A stretch of DNA of 64,000 nucleotides from Takakia lepidozioides. Taxonomy: Eukaryota > Plantae > Bryophyta. Each line of letters begins with the position of its first letter. Position 1 is the stretch's first letter. Below, in pieces: positions 51,151-64,000 of the stretch. The notes under the pieces were generated by a model, which saw nothing but the letters and a program-made list of their open reading frames with translations, made no database searches and was not told the origin of the DNA. The position numbers and the translations under genes are program-made. Location: positions 43,462,001 to 43,526,000 of the forward strand of contig CM060731.1 of the NCBI GenBank assembly GCA_030704615.1. The letters are read 5' to 3'.

Positions 51151-54100
51151 TGAGGATGACTAGTCCTAGTCTATGTAGGTCCCAGGGTCAGCCTACTGAA
51201 CCCTTGTGAGTTTTTCAGCTCATTTCCTGTAAATATATTTCCATCTTTCCATCTTCCATCTTATTCATGTGTCGCACCGTCCTCACCCTCGATTTATGCT
51301 TGCTCAATTGTGTACTTGCTAAATCAGAGAAATGGAACTGTAAGGTCTCATATCCCCAAAAACAAAACCAGGCAAAAACAAAAAACCACCCCCAATTCAC
51401 CCCCAAAATCAACCCCCAACCCCCCCCACCAGACTGCCCTCGCGACTGCAGGACGTCGCCAATGGCGACGTGCTTTTTGGGAGGGGGTTGCAAGCCGCGA
51501 CGGTCGGGCGTCGCAAAACCCATTTGTGGGCGGCAACGCCCGACACCCCCTGCGACGTGTTTTTTTGGTCCGGGGGTCGCAAGCCGCGACGCCCTGGCGT
51601 CGCGGAGTCCGCCACCTTGCCTGTGCCACGTTTTTTTTTTTGATTAAATATAAAACAAAGCGACGACAGAGCGTCGCGAAAACCCACGCCCGGGCGTGGC
51701 GGAGCCCGACCCCTGCTCTTGTTGTTTTTTTTTGCCACGCCCAATAGTCGTTTGGCGTACCACTCGGCTTACGCCACGTGTTTTTGGGTTTTAGGATGGG
51801 ACTCCCGGGCAGGTTATAAAAAAAAAAGGATGCGACGCCGCTCCGAAGCCCCCACCAACTCCGTCGGCTGGAGGGCCGCGACGGCGAGACGTCGCTCGAC
51901 GGAGGCCCCTGCCATCGGCGCGGACGGCCTGAAAAGCGACGTCCGGCAGTCGCGGGAGTTGGGGTGGGGGCTCGCGACCCCCATACGTCGCATTTTGGCG
52001 ACGTCATTTTGGCGACGCCCACGCGACTGCCGGGCGTCGCAAATTCTGCGCCTGCCGCGTGCCTGAAAAGGACGTTTTCCCGACGCTGTGGCGTGGCTCG
52101 GGCGTCGCAAAGTCCCCCCTTTTCCTGTAGTGATGGGCTTGGAATCCTCATACTGCAGCAGTTTCCATTTGGAAACGAAAAAAGGTTTTGTAGCACCCAC
52201 CACGTAGGATCTCCCTATGAAATCACATACCTCCGCGCTCAAACACGCAGGGACATCCTCACCCTTCCCCTCGCTGCAAGACACCTCCCCCGGTTAATTT
52301 CGGGCATTTGGGCAGGTTCCAAAGAAATTGATGACAACGATGATGTGGCTACGATGACGTGGCTATGATGACGTGGAGATACGGCACCCTATTCCTTCCG
52401 TCGTCGCTAGAATTTGATAGCTAAAGGTAATAATAAGAGGGGCTTGACAGGGCGCAGCCGGAGGAGCCCAGGCTGCTGGAATCCGGCGAAAGAAAGTACC
52501 ATCAGATCGCACGATCCATTAAGTTCTTACATTATTCCTATTTTCTTCCAATCATCTACTAGTATAAAAATTTAACATTCAAAATACAGATTAAAATATA
52601 CATGAAAATAGGCAGATTCGAGCTCAAATTTGTAAACCCATCGTAAATTTCTAAATCAAGAGCTTGCAGGTGGAAGATGCAGTGGTCTTTTCCGAGCCAT
52701 CTCTTGGTCCTCTTCAGAACTCTTCTGTAAAACATGTTTGAGAGCATTAAGTACACCGGGAAATCTTCTAGATTCTCCAAGTCTGTAAGCATAACCAGGA
52801 GCCTCTTCCTCCGTACTCATCGTTGCCATAGGCCTGTCCAAAGGACACCTAACCTTGGGAGGAACATAGGTGGACGTCGCTGCCATGACTGCTCAGAAGA
52901 ATTGGAAAAATGTGGGCTGTGTCGTTCCTATTAGTACTTAATACATCTCAATTTGGTGAAGTAGAGTACCAGCTCCTTCCTGACAGCAGTTTCTCTTGTT
53001 TCTTTTCCAATAGTACAACCCAATGAAGTGACTTCCTTTATAAAAGCCTTTTCTGCAAAACCCATGCAATAACTAAACCATTTTGCTTCAATATCATGGT
53101 CCTAAATCTTTTGGCAATCTTGATTTATACGGGCACACAATGCTGGAATACGAAAAGTCATAAGTACCATTGACCTGTTTGAAAGGACCAAACTCTCCCC
53201 AAGCGTCTGCCAACTGTTCTGCAAGTCATTTATCTTAGAGATGAAAAGAAACCCGCATTTGAAGAGTTTCCATGACATCACACTAACAATTTGGGATTGT
53301 TGGCCAGATCAACATACCCAAGGAACTTCGTCGCTCACCCTCAAGAACAACCGGACTCAAATCACCCCCCAAGCCATCCCCACAACCTGTATACTCTCAT
53401 AAAAGCTTAGGTATACAAATTTCCATGAAAAACAACAGATGCAGATTTCTTGATCATGTATACCATACGTCGAACAACAAATTTTCGGCAGAACCTTAGC
53501 TCAATAATTCAACATGCTCCAGTCAAGCCAAAACTGATAGCAACAGTGCGAACAAAAAGCACGCAGTTTCACTTCTCAGCGGGCGTAAGTGTATGCACCA
53601 CCATACCTATCTTCCCCAAATAACAGGACATGAACTTGGTTGAGTACTGAACCTTAAACCCCAAAGCCTGAAGGGTTCAAAAACATCGCTTTCAATGATG
53701 TATGACACTGTGAATTAGGAACCCATATTGGAGCATGACCAGCTGAGTGGTCCAACACAAGACTCGCACAAGACATCCACAGGTGTATGGAAGTCAGATC
53801 TCACTCAGCTGTGCTCCACACACCCATGGTGTGGCCACAAATGCCATGCTCCTATGCTCCTATGGAAGCGCAGGTATCTACAACAACAAAATCCGGAGGG
53901 GAGAAGCAGATACTACCAGAAAACAAGCGCTAAAACACGCAGAAACTAGCGACAAAACGAAGAAGCAACCGATAAGCTAGTAGGAAAAGACAACTACGCA
54001 ACTACGCAACTAATGAGCGTAGTTAGGATCTGGTGCAGTTCATAAGGGGCGAACTAAAGCTTTCGAGCCGTTGATCGTGATTGATCTCAACCGTTAGAAC

Positions 54101-54737
54101 TAAGAGCAATCCTGGTGGTGGGATCAAATAATAGCGGACCGTCGATATACCTAGGGTCTGGAAAGATCTAGAAATAAAGAAATTAGCGCCTAGTTTAATT
54201 TGATGGCAGCCCTCAGATAAGCCGTGGCCAACAGGAAACGTCGATCTGAATAGATCGTGGCTGTTGCTCTAGACAAAAAAATAATTGGCATTTCCTTACG
54301 CTTGGTAAGGGCCTTGGCCGGGGGCGTCACCAGTATAAGGGGCCCAAGGGGCTCAGGTCTCTGTCTTCTCTCTCTCTTTGTGAGAAAACAAATACTTGGA
54401 GGCCTGTCATTGTGATAGCAAAGCGGGCCCCAATAGGATGCTTTCTCTAGAGTGCACTGCCAGTGGCCCAAAAGAGAATCTTCACATGATCTTACATCAT
54501 GGAGACACCGACGGCCAGATAATATTCCTTGGATATTCTTACTTGATATCTTCGGCAGGTTTGTTTATGGATAGATCTAGACTTCCTTGGGCTAATGAAG
54601 TGCATATATATATTCAGGATTACTGCATCCCATCTTCATGCTCTGGGTCGTTCTATCTTTGCTTACACACGGGACCGGTTGAAATCTAGTTTGTGGTTCT
54701 TCTGTAGGTGTGAGGTGTAGTTCGGAAAAGCGCTAGC

Positions 54738-55596
54738 ATGGAGGTGACAGGGGTGAGGGGGGTGACATTGATGGCCTCTGTGGTGGTCATGCTGCTTCTG
54801 CAGGTCGCAGATGCTGCTGGGACAGGAGGACATCTAGACGTTGCTGGGTTGCGAAATCTCACAGTTGGGGGGGGTCCAGGGGCCGGTTGCGGGAGAGGTT
54901 GGAACCTCCCTCCAACAGAGGATTGGTATCAATATTGGGCTTGGGCTAATCACATCAGGCGATTTGACAATCTTTGTAAGCACCTAATTGCTCCTCTTTG
55001 GCTCTTTCCATTCTGCAATCTCTGAAGCAGTACTGTTCAGGACTGGTCTCTGTAATAGGTGCAATTCTCAAGACATTTGCTTAACGTAGTTAGTATAATA
55101 TAAGGACAATAATGCTTGTACAGGATTAAAAGCCAGATGAGGTTCATTTCATATACAGTTATATCTGCAACTACCAGCTGTTTATAAATGATTGTGGGCC
55201 TGTAAGGACCAGACTAGTTGATGAATCGTGTAAGTTTAGCAATTCCAATCCTTATAAGCTCATGGAGGAAAGACTCTTCAATGTGTATGTAATTTTCTCT
55301 CCTTCGCTTAAATATCATGGTGCATGCTGATTGCAGTTTTCATCCATAGCCAAGAATACAGATGGCCTGTATTCCATTCTAGTGGTATCAGTCTAGTCTC
55401 GGAGGCCGACTACAAGGATTGCAGAGTCGATAGGCCCAACTGGACCACACCTGCAAGCAAGTTCCCAACCAATTATGGAGTCAGAGACTTCGGTGTTGAC
55501 TATTACTTTGTGGCTGACAATGAGTTCGATTGCAAATCAGGAATGAAGTTCCATATCCCTCCATTTTCCCCATTTGAAAATTCTGAGCATTTCTAG
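54738..55596 (+). CDS. Divergent phytocyanin/early-nodulin-like secreted protein; exons 54738-54975, 55337-55596
   Basis: Signal peptide; TVGG..GW..YQYWA..FDNL|FF; DYKDC; YYFV..DCKSGMKF. Confidence 0.85.
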
Positions 55597-56610
55597 AGGC
55601 CAGACACTCGTTATATACTTTATATGGCGCATATAGATCAGTGGACTTCCAGCTCACGTGTGACGGTTTGGAGACTTGGATTTTCGTTTACTCTTGTTCT
55701 ATCCGATCACCTGTAAATAGAGAGGCCTACCGAAGTTAGCGTAAATAAAAACTCTTCTCCTCTCAGGTTTTCTAAATAATGGTACAGTGGCTATATGACT
55801 GGCTTTCATGTTTTAATATGATATGGTTGATCACCAACCTGGATCACCAAGGAAGAAAATCTTTAAGTACTAGTGCTCATGAATCCAAGATCAGAATATG
55901 AGTGATTGCTGATGGAGCTTTGATACTTGCTACTCAAATTCAATTATCTCAAACTTAAAGATTTTGCCTTGACAGCTGCTCTACGATACGAACATTTGGC
56001 ACGTACCTGTAACTATTCACCTGTCTCTTGGGTCCATTGAATACTCTTTTATTTAAAAAGAAAAAGCTCTAGGAAGCCTTTTTGTGAAGTCATAATTAAA
56101 CCAAATAACCTTGTGAAGAGCAAAGAGCTGGTACCATATCCGTGATCATCACAGGAAGCCTAAACTAGACAACCTCCTAAGTTAGCAAGCCTTTGAACCT
56201 TGTCTGATCATAAAACCAAAAGCAAAGCATCACTGACAACCCTCTAGGGCCTTCCAATATACTTCGATAACAAAGCCCCGAATGGTATATTCCTCTGCAA
56301 AGCATAGTGCTATCAACCGATTCTATTCCGTCCGACCATTTCCCTATTTAGATCGGTGCAGATGCCGATTGGACGTCGACGTCGCATGGGGCCAGCACCG
56401 ACGGTCGGGTCGTCGCATGCCAGTCTCAACATGTCAAGATCATGGGGAGGAAATGGTAGGCCAGCGCTCGGCCTGAAACTCCCCGATCCCTTCTTCACAA
56501 GTTTGAACGACTCGGATATAGATCCAGCCGCTGCGTAACTGCTCTCAAGGTACTTTCTCTAGTGACTCAGAATTTCTCTGCCGGTGCAGGCGTTACGGTA
56601 CCAAGAAGAG

Positions 56611-58103
56611 ATGGCCGTGACAGTGGTCAAGGTCACAGTTGTGGCTGCAGTGGTGCAGTTGGTGGCCTGCTTGATGCTGCTGTGCCCTGCAGCAGCAACT
56701 AGAAACATGCTTGCGGTTCCTGTTCCTGGCTACAGAAACCTTACAGTGGGAGGCGAGTATGGTTGGAGCATGCCTTCATCGCAGATTTCCTTTCAACAAT
56801 GGGCTACCGCCTCTAAGATCAGGCGATTTAACAATCTATGTATGGCATAAATCTATATTTCTTTCTAGATACAATCTCTGAAGCACACTCATGATATGGC
56901 TTGGAAGGTGTGCTTAATATATGTGGATCATTATGAATATATATAGGATAAGATCGAGGGGCTGATGTTGTACACTGCAGGCTTCCGCAGGAATATTATC
57001 CAGGGAAAATGTCAATCCATACAGTGGTTATCGCAGATAATATAGACTCATGGACAAAACTGAACTCACATCTCTGTGATCTCTGGACTCTCTTAGGAAT
57101 ACAATCTCACTCTGGTCTATGCATGCAGTTTTCATGGGTGAACCAAGGACCCCGGTCTATACTGGTGTCAGTCTGGCCAGTAATCAACAGGCCTACGACA
57201 CATGTGATATTACGGATGTCATTTGGACAGCGCCTGCCAAAGCGCTCCCAACCAATTACGTACTCTTTGAGTATAGTTCGACCTATTATAAGTTAATGTG
57301 TCAGATCGGAATGAAGTTCTTTGTTCCTCCATTTGTCTCAGCTGTCCCCATTCCTATTCCTGATCCCCGGGGGAGAACCCTGACGGTGGGCGGCGCTATC
57401 GGTTGGAGCGAGCCTCCGCCGCCATCAATGCATTTCTATCAACAATGGGTTGCGGCTGCAAATATAGTGCGATTTGACAATCTCTGTATGTATGGCATCT
57501 GACTTTGAGTAAAGCAATGTAATTAATCATCGAGTGTTCATGATCTTATATTTTGGAAGGTATCCTTAAAAGTACTCAAAGTAATTGAGCGCTAGTAGGA
57601 TGTAGAAGATAGGGTGGTTGATGTCTATCTGCTTACAATGGTTTTCACACTAATACTGTAAAATTGTCTCTATGTAGTGGTTATAGCAGTTGCACTCGTA
57701 TGTTTTGGCTTGTAATTGCTTGACTCATTGTCTAGGTTAGTAGAGGGTTAGTCCAGCTGTAAGTCCCATTGTATGGACTCATAGAGGAAACGTACAAGCA
57801 CGTACCTGTCTTTACACTCTCATTTTCCTACCTCACATCAATTCTTTCATCTTGCCAGTTTTCCATGCGGTCCCAGCGATCCCTGTCTTCACTGGTGTCA
57901 GTTTGGTTTCAAGTCAAGAAGCATACGACGATTGCGCTGTTGCAAGTGCCTACTGGTCAGCGCCTGGCAACACTTTTCCAATCAGTTACAAACTCGATCA
58001 CTACAGTTCGACTTATTACTTCATTGGTGACAACCAATTCTCGTGTAAGATGGGAATGAAGTTCCTCATTCCTCCATTTAATGTGGAGGGTGAACACTTT
58101 TAG
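56611..58103 (+). CDS. Two-domain phytocyanin/ENODL-like protein; exons 56611-56839, 57129-57485, 57859-58103
   Basis: Signal peptide; two LTVGG..GWS..QQW..NL|FF..AYDxC..C..GMKF domains with introns at the same position. Confidence 0.85.
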
Positions 58104-58448
58104 CTCAGCTACTAGGTTGTATTCCTGATGGAGGCTTCTCGTAAGTTCCTGGTTGGTGGTCGTAAGGGATTGGATAGTAAGCAGCTGATGTTCCCTTCAG
58201 TTATATCGTCCTGGAAATCATCACAACAGTAAGTTTCAAGGTTTCCGACCTGGGAACCGTCAGATGACAATTTTAATACCTGTAATTATAAAGGCTTTGT
58301 GTCGTACTGATTCAAGTATACCGGTATACTGTGTTGGCACAAGAGTTGCCTGGCAATCACAATCTACATTAGAGGCTCCAATCATAGAAAGATATTAAAA
58401 CACGGCAATCCTAAAGTTTTGCATTGACGCTCATCTACAGGAGGGTGC

Positions 58449-61400
58449 TGAAAGGGGTCTGACACTCTTTCCTCTGTCCAACTATGACCAATTTCAGGCA
58501 CTCTACTTGTTTTTCTGTTCACAGGGTATTTACCAAAACTCCAAAGAAAATTGCTTGCTTGATTTCATCCAACAGGAAAATCAACAACATTTCCAAGGCA
58601 CTTGTCTCTTCATAATCATAGGGCCTCAATTCAATCCAAACCCAGTATGGATCCCTGGTAACCAGCCTCTCTTATTCCAGTCACAATTCTTTGGTTCAGA
58701 TCGTAACAGAGTTCACTCCAGTCCAAAGATAGTTCAGCCCTGTTCTTCACATAAGTGTATTCACAAACAGTGACTAGAATCAACTCTAAACTGCCCCTTT
58801 TCAAATCAGCACTTGTGAGACCTTAGTCATAGTATTTACACCATCGCTCTGTACAAAAGAGAGATCATAGCCCCTGCTGCTGCTGCAGACAAACAAAGGC
58901 CTGTGATGTCTACTCTAACATCGACTTACAACTCTGTAAGCACAGCACCGGTTACAGCATCCGGTCCACCCAACCACCACGCCATGCTCAGTCTGATTTC
59001 CTGTCGAGAGCATATCTGCTCTAGCCGCCAGTACAACATCATCCTCATCTTCTCCACTCTTGCCATCTCCAAGTCCACTTTTTTAAATCCCTAATCGTGG
59101 ATCTGTTCGTGAACGCGAGCCTGCTCCATTCGACCTGCAACTGTCAGTTCGGCGGTCTTCTAGCAGTCACTTGCTTCGCCAAACTGGTCGACAGGTCTCG
59201 ATCTTTGTTCAAGGCACCTAACAAACTCCCCCTCCCAAAGACAGGTCATTGTCCTCAATGACAGAAAAATGAGGGGTAACTCAATGTCAATTCATTTTCT
59301 TTCTCCCAAGTAGCTTCTGTCTCTGGGTAATGCAACCACTTAATCAAATGTTCTTTCCAAGAACGGTTGCACAGGTGCTTTACTCGCGTTTCTAGAATCT
59401 TTTCGGGTTCAGCCATCAACTGACCATCATTCATGGCTTGAGGCAACGTCGGCAAGATGTGTGATGAGTCCGACATATACCTCCGAAGAAGACTGACATG
59501 GAAAGTTTTATGGATCTTCCATGTTGGAGGCAGATCCAACTCATAGGCCACTGTGCCATGGCGTTCCAGGATTTTAAACGGACCACAAAATCTTAGTGAC
59601 AACTTATAACACTTGCCTAGTGTTAGATTGCTTCTTTTAGGTGTAACTTTCAAAAACACCATATCACCAATGGCAAATTCACGAAAAGTCCTACGCTTAT
59701 CAACAAAGAACTTGGCCCGTTCTTGTGCAGCCTGCATACTACGCTTCACCAGATCTAGGACAGAGTGGATCTCTTTGATTCTGTCATTCACGCTTCGCAC
59801 ATTTGATGGTGGTGTGATAAGCGAAGCAGGAGCTAAGCAATCTCGTCCATATAAAGCTTCAAATGGGCTCATGCCAATGGCACTGTGGAAATGCTTGTTA
59901 TAAGCAAATTCCACCATATACAGATATTGTTCCCAAGAGGACTGTCTTTCACCAACGTACATTCTCAACATATCTTCAATTGTACGGTTGGTCCTTTCTG
60001 TTTGGGCATCTGTTTCTGGGTGAAAGGCCGTACTCAATTTCACCTTGGTTCCCAATTTCTTAAACAAGTCAATCCAAAAATGACTTGTGAACTTTGAGTC
60101 CCTGTCACAAATAATCTCCCGAGGCAGACCATGGATCCTGAATATCTCTTTCATGTACAAGGATGCAACATCACATGCCGTAGCACTCATCCTTGTAGGT
60201 ATCAAGTGGGCTATCTTAGACAGCCTATCTACAACCACCATGATACTGTCATGGCCACTTCTGGTCCTGGGCAATGCCACAATGAAATCCATACTAATGG
60301 ACTCCCAATTCCATCCAGGAACAGATAATGGTTGTAATAATCCAGGAGGTCTGACTCTCTCTGACTTCAAAACTTGACATGGGAAACATTTCTGCACATA
60401 TTCTTTAATTTCTCTCTTCATACCCGGCCAAAAATAGTGCTTCCGTATTGACCAATAGGTTCTCTGAAAGCCCGGGTGTCCAGAGATTGGAATATTGTGA
60501 CTGTCATGAATAATGCGCAATCTCAAGTCTGGAATCAGGGGAACACAAAGCCGACCATTATAAAATAACACCCCATCTCTCAAGAGGTATGGTCGGTACT
60601 TCTCTTTCTCAATAGAAGTTCTCTGATCACAAGACAAACTCTTTAATGGCTCTTTGAAGAATTCATCGACCTCATACCGACCTTTAATTACTTGAAATAT
60701 AGTCCTACTGACGCATGAGACAACATTAACGTGTAATGGTCTCCTAGAAAGTGCATCAGCAATCACATTTTCTCTCCCTTTGACATACTTTAGGTCATAA
60801 TGGAACTTCAGCAGTTCTGACCACCTGATCTGCCTCTGACTCAAATGAGGTTGCGTGGTCAAATATTTTAAACTCTGATGGTCAGTCTCTATCACAAAAT
60901 CAACTGGAAGCAGGTAATGCCTCCATATCTTCAGAGCATGAACTATTGCCAATAGTTCCTTTTCATGAGTGGGATAATTCTTTTTGCTGGACTGATCTTT
61001 CGAGATTCATAGGCAATCACTTGCCCATCTTGCATCAACACAGCTCCAATAGCAAGATCACTTGCATCAGTACACAGTACTATTGCTCCCTTCGTAGGAT
61101 CGAGCAATTTCAGTACAGGAGCATGTGTTAAGGCATACTTCAACTTCTCGAAACTGTTATCACAATCTCTTGTCCAAACATCCTTCAAGCTTACAGGACT
61201 CGAGTCCTTAAGCAGATCAGTCAATGGGGTTGCAATCTGTGAAAAAGATTTAACAAACTTCCGTATGAAGCTAGCAAACCCAATAAAGCTCCTGACCTCA
61301 GTCTTATCACTTGGTTTAGGCCATTCAACCACTGTCTGGACTTTCTTAGGATCAATTGAAATTCCATCTTTGGAAATACAAAATCCCAAGTAATCCATGT

Positions 61401-64000
61401 GGTCTAGAAAGAACTCACACTTGCTTCTCTTAGCAAACAGGTGGTTCTCTCTTAGTATGTCTAAAACCAAGCGTAAATGCAGTTCATGTTCTTCCTCAGA
61501 CTTCGAGTATATTAGTATATCATCCATGTAGACTAAAACCATCTTCCCCAAATAATGCTGGAACAGAGAGTTCATCAGATAAGTAAATGTTGCTGGAGCA
61601 TTTGTGAGCCCAAATGGCATCACCAAGAATTCATAATGACCAAAACGAGACGAAATCCTGTCTTTGGTATATCAGAATTCTTGATCCGTATCTGATGATA
61701 TCCAGACCGAAGATCAAGTTTGAAAAAACTTGACTCCCATATAGATAGTCAAACAAATTGTCCACACGAGGTAAAGGGAACTTATTCTTGATGGTGACCT
61801 TATTCAACCATCTATAGTCCACACACAGTCTCAAAGTTCCGTCTTTCTTCTTCTTAAACATTAAGGGGCACCCCAAGGGGATTTACTTGGACGTATATAC
61901 CCCTTTTCCAACAAGTCATTCAACTGCCTTTCTAATTCTTCATTTTCTGCAATTGAATGCATGTACGGTGCCCTTGCAACCGGTACAGCATCTGACATCA
62001 ACTCGATTGCATGATCAACCTCCCGTTCAGGGGGCATCCCAGGGAGCTCATCAGGAAACATATCTTTATATTCATTCAGGACCAGGCTAAGTCTGGGATG
62101 TGACTTCCCTTCTCCTGATTGTTTCCAAGATCTCATGCAAAGCTAACAGCAAAAAGCTGAGCATTTCCCTTCCGGATACATCTCTTCATTTAAATAGCTG
62201 ACAAAACGGGTATTGGGAAGAGCTCTAATACCTTTGATATTGAATCCCTTCCCGTTGGGCAAGGTACCACTAACCAGTCCGGATTTGCAAGACACCACAG
62301 CATCAACCGGATCCAGCCACCGCATGCCAAGGATGCAATCGTACCGAGCTCCCTCCCAGACCTCGGTCAGCCATAGTCCGTACTCTTGCATGTCCATTGG
62401 TACCTTTGGGATGTGTTTGTGCGTAGAATCCACGCCACCATCTGGTAACAAGATTTGACAGGGTTGCATGTCTTCTTGAACTAGTCCCAATTTGTCAGCA
62501 AAATCCTTTGACAACAGGTTGTGAGTGCTGCCAGTATCAATCAGCACTTGAGTGGGAATTCCAGCCACTCTCCCATGAACCCGTATCACACTGGGGTCAT
62601 GCTCTATTTGGTCTCCAATGATAGCTGCAGAAACTCGCACATTAGGACCTTTCCCATTTTCTTGTCCTGATTTCTCTCCAGTTTCAACAACCACATAAGG
62701 TTCTGTAGGTCCTTCAATTGTTAAGGCGGCTGTCTGTCGAGCCTGACGAGAATTTGGGTACTTCATACACTCAGCAGCTCTGTGTCCAGGTTCATGCCAC
62801 AAGAAACACAAACCCTTACGCCTGTGTTCTTCCTGTTCTTCGAAACTGAGTGTTGGGGGAGCCCTCATTGGCGATCTCCGTATAGTTTGATCCCCCGCCT
62901 TCTTAAACAGTTTAAATCTCTTCCAATTCCCTCTCTTCGCTGGGTGACTGCCAAGGACCAGATGATCTAGGCTTGAACTCGGCCGTGCCACGGGCAGAGT
63001 TCGAAGAACGTTGTGCCCTTACTTCATTCTCAAAATTGCAGGCCAAACGATATGCTTCTCTCTGTACGAGGGTGTGGGCTTTGACCTTAAATTTGAGAGA
63101 ATCACTGAGGCCATCGACAAAAAAATCAACTCTGTCCTCTTCACCCAACGAGGGGAAATAACTGGCATGGGTTTCAAATCTCGTCTTAAACTCTCCCACG
63201 CTCATAGTCTCCTGTCTCAGTCTGAACAATTCAACTTTCATCTTGTGTGCAAAGTCGCCAGGTAGGTAATGGGCTAAGAACAGTGTCTTAAACATAGCCC
63301 AACTATCCACAGATGGTTTCTTGTGTTCACGGCGTTCCTGCTTCTGACGCGACCACCATAGCTTGGCGGCATCACGGAGCTGTAGAGCAGCTGTCTGTAT
63401 CTTGGCTTCCTCTGAATAATCGTCCTCAAAGAACTCTTCTAATGTATCCAGGAAAGACAATATTTCCTCGGGCTTGACAGATGGCTTACCATAGAATTCT
63501 GGCAACTTCACCAATCTTCTGATCTCCCTGGTGACATCCTTGCTTCTTTTCATCTTGGCCTCATGGGAGTCAGCCTCAGATTCGTCCTCATTCAGTGGCT
63601 CACTCACAGGCAACTCCCTAGATCGCTTGTCAGTTTGAGTTTGTGCAGGGGCCAACTTCTGTATCTCAGATCGAATCAAAGTACCTAAGGCCTCCATTTG
63701 CTGCTGGGAAAATAACTGACTTCCATGTTCGCGATCTGAAGCTCGGTGCAGACTGGCCGCATCTGAGCGCTCACGGTCTCCAGCCATTTCACTATCCTGA
63801 TCGTCGTCACCAGGGTGTGTGCTCACAGAGCCGAACGAGATCTGGCTCATTCACACAATTACCCAATTTCTAGAAATTCCAAAACTCACGATCTGTTCTC
63901 CCCGATCGCAAAACGGCTCTGATACCACTTGAAAGGGGTCTGACACTCTTTCCTCTGTCCAACTATGACCAATTTCAGGCACTCTACTTGTTTTTCTGTT
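58449..64000 (-). mobile_element. Ty3/gypsy chromovirus; 3' LTR 58449-59223, 5' LTR from 63930 off the right edge
   Basis: 58449+ identical to 63930-64000; PBS TGGTATCAGAGC (63916-63927); PPT 59226-59236. Confidence 0.96.
59255..63850 (-). pseudogene. Chromovirus gag-pol with chromodomain, frameshifted
   Basis: LRQETMSV; LIDTGSTHN; MPFGLTNAPATF, VYMDD; TDAS; ISMDF; FCGPF; [23 protein letters not shown]. Confidence 0.95.

Larger units (their letters stand above)
48700..52132 (+). mobile_element. CACTA-ended DNA transposon remnant (left end not found)
   Basis: Right end TTTCCTGTAGTG at 52121-52132 (reverse complement CACTACAGGAAA); dense GCGACG/CGTCGC subterminal repeats 51440-52110. Confidence 0.8.

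Noticed and set aside
51215-52368. Overlapping ORFs up to 282 aa
   Set aside because: Arise from GC-rich CACTA subterminal repeats
52400-53600. Possible minus-strand pseudogene
   Set aside because: Fragmentary; could not assign a family

Overview
Eukaryotic, TE-rich DNA, most likely from a non-seed land plant (inferred from the CPSF2 sequence and TE lineages). Host genes: an 18-exon CPSF2/CPSF100 (25293-39143, +) and two divergent phytocyanin/ENODL-like genes (54738-58103, +). The rest is nested mobile DNA. (1) From beyond the left edge to about 19085 is a putative very large CACTA-like cargo element. It carries a spliced ParB/Sulfiredoxin-like (DGNHR) gene next to an array of 30-bp palindromes, a GCM-finger/MULE-DDE/SWIM gene and an FCP1/NIF HAD-like gene, and is interrupted by a truncated Ty3 with a large extra ORF. 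(2) A second CACTA-ended remnant (about 48700-52132) has a DDE transposase and a homologous SWIM fragment. (3) A full-length degenerate Copia with a half-tRNA PBS lies inside a hAT-type MITE. (4) A chromovirus Ty3 runs off the right edge. (5) Several copies of a (CT)n-associated LINE sit in CPSF2 introns. The best candidate for a new system is the ParB-like gene plus parS-like palindrome array inside a cargo-carrying plant DNA transposon. All family assignments come from motif reading, not database searches.
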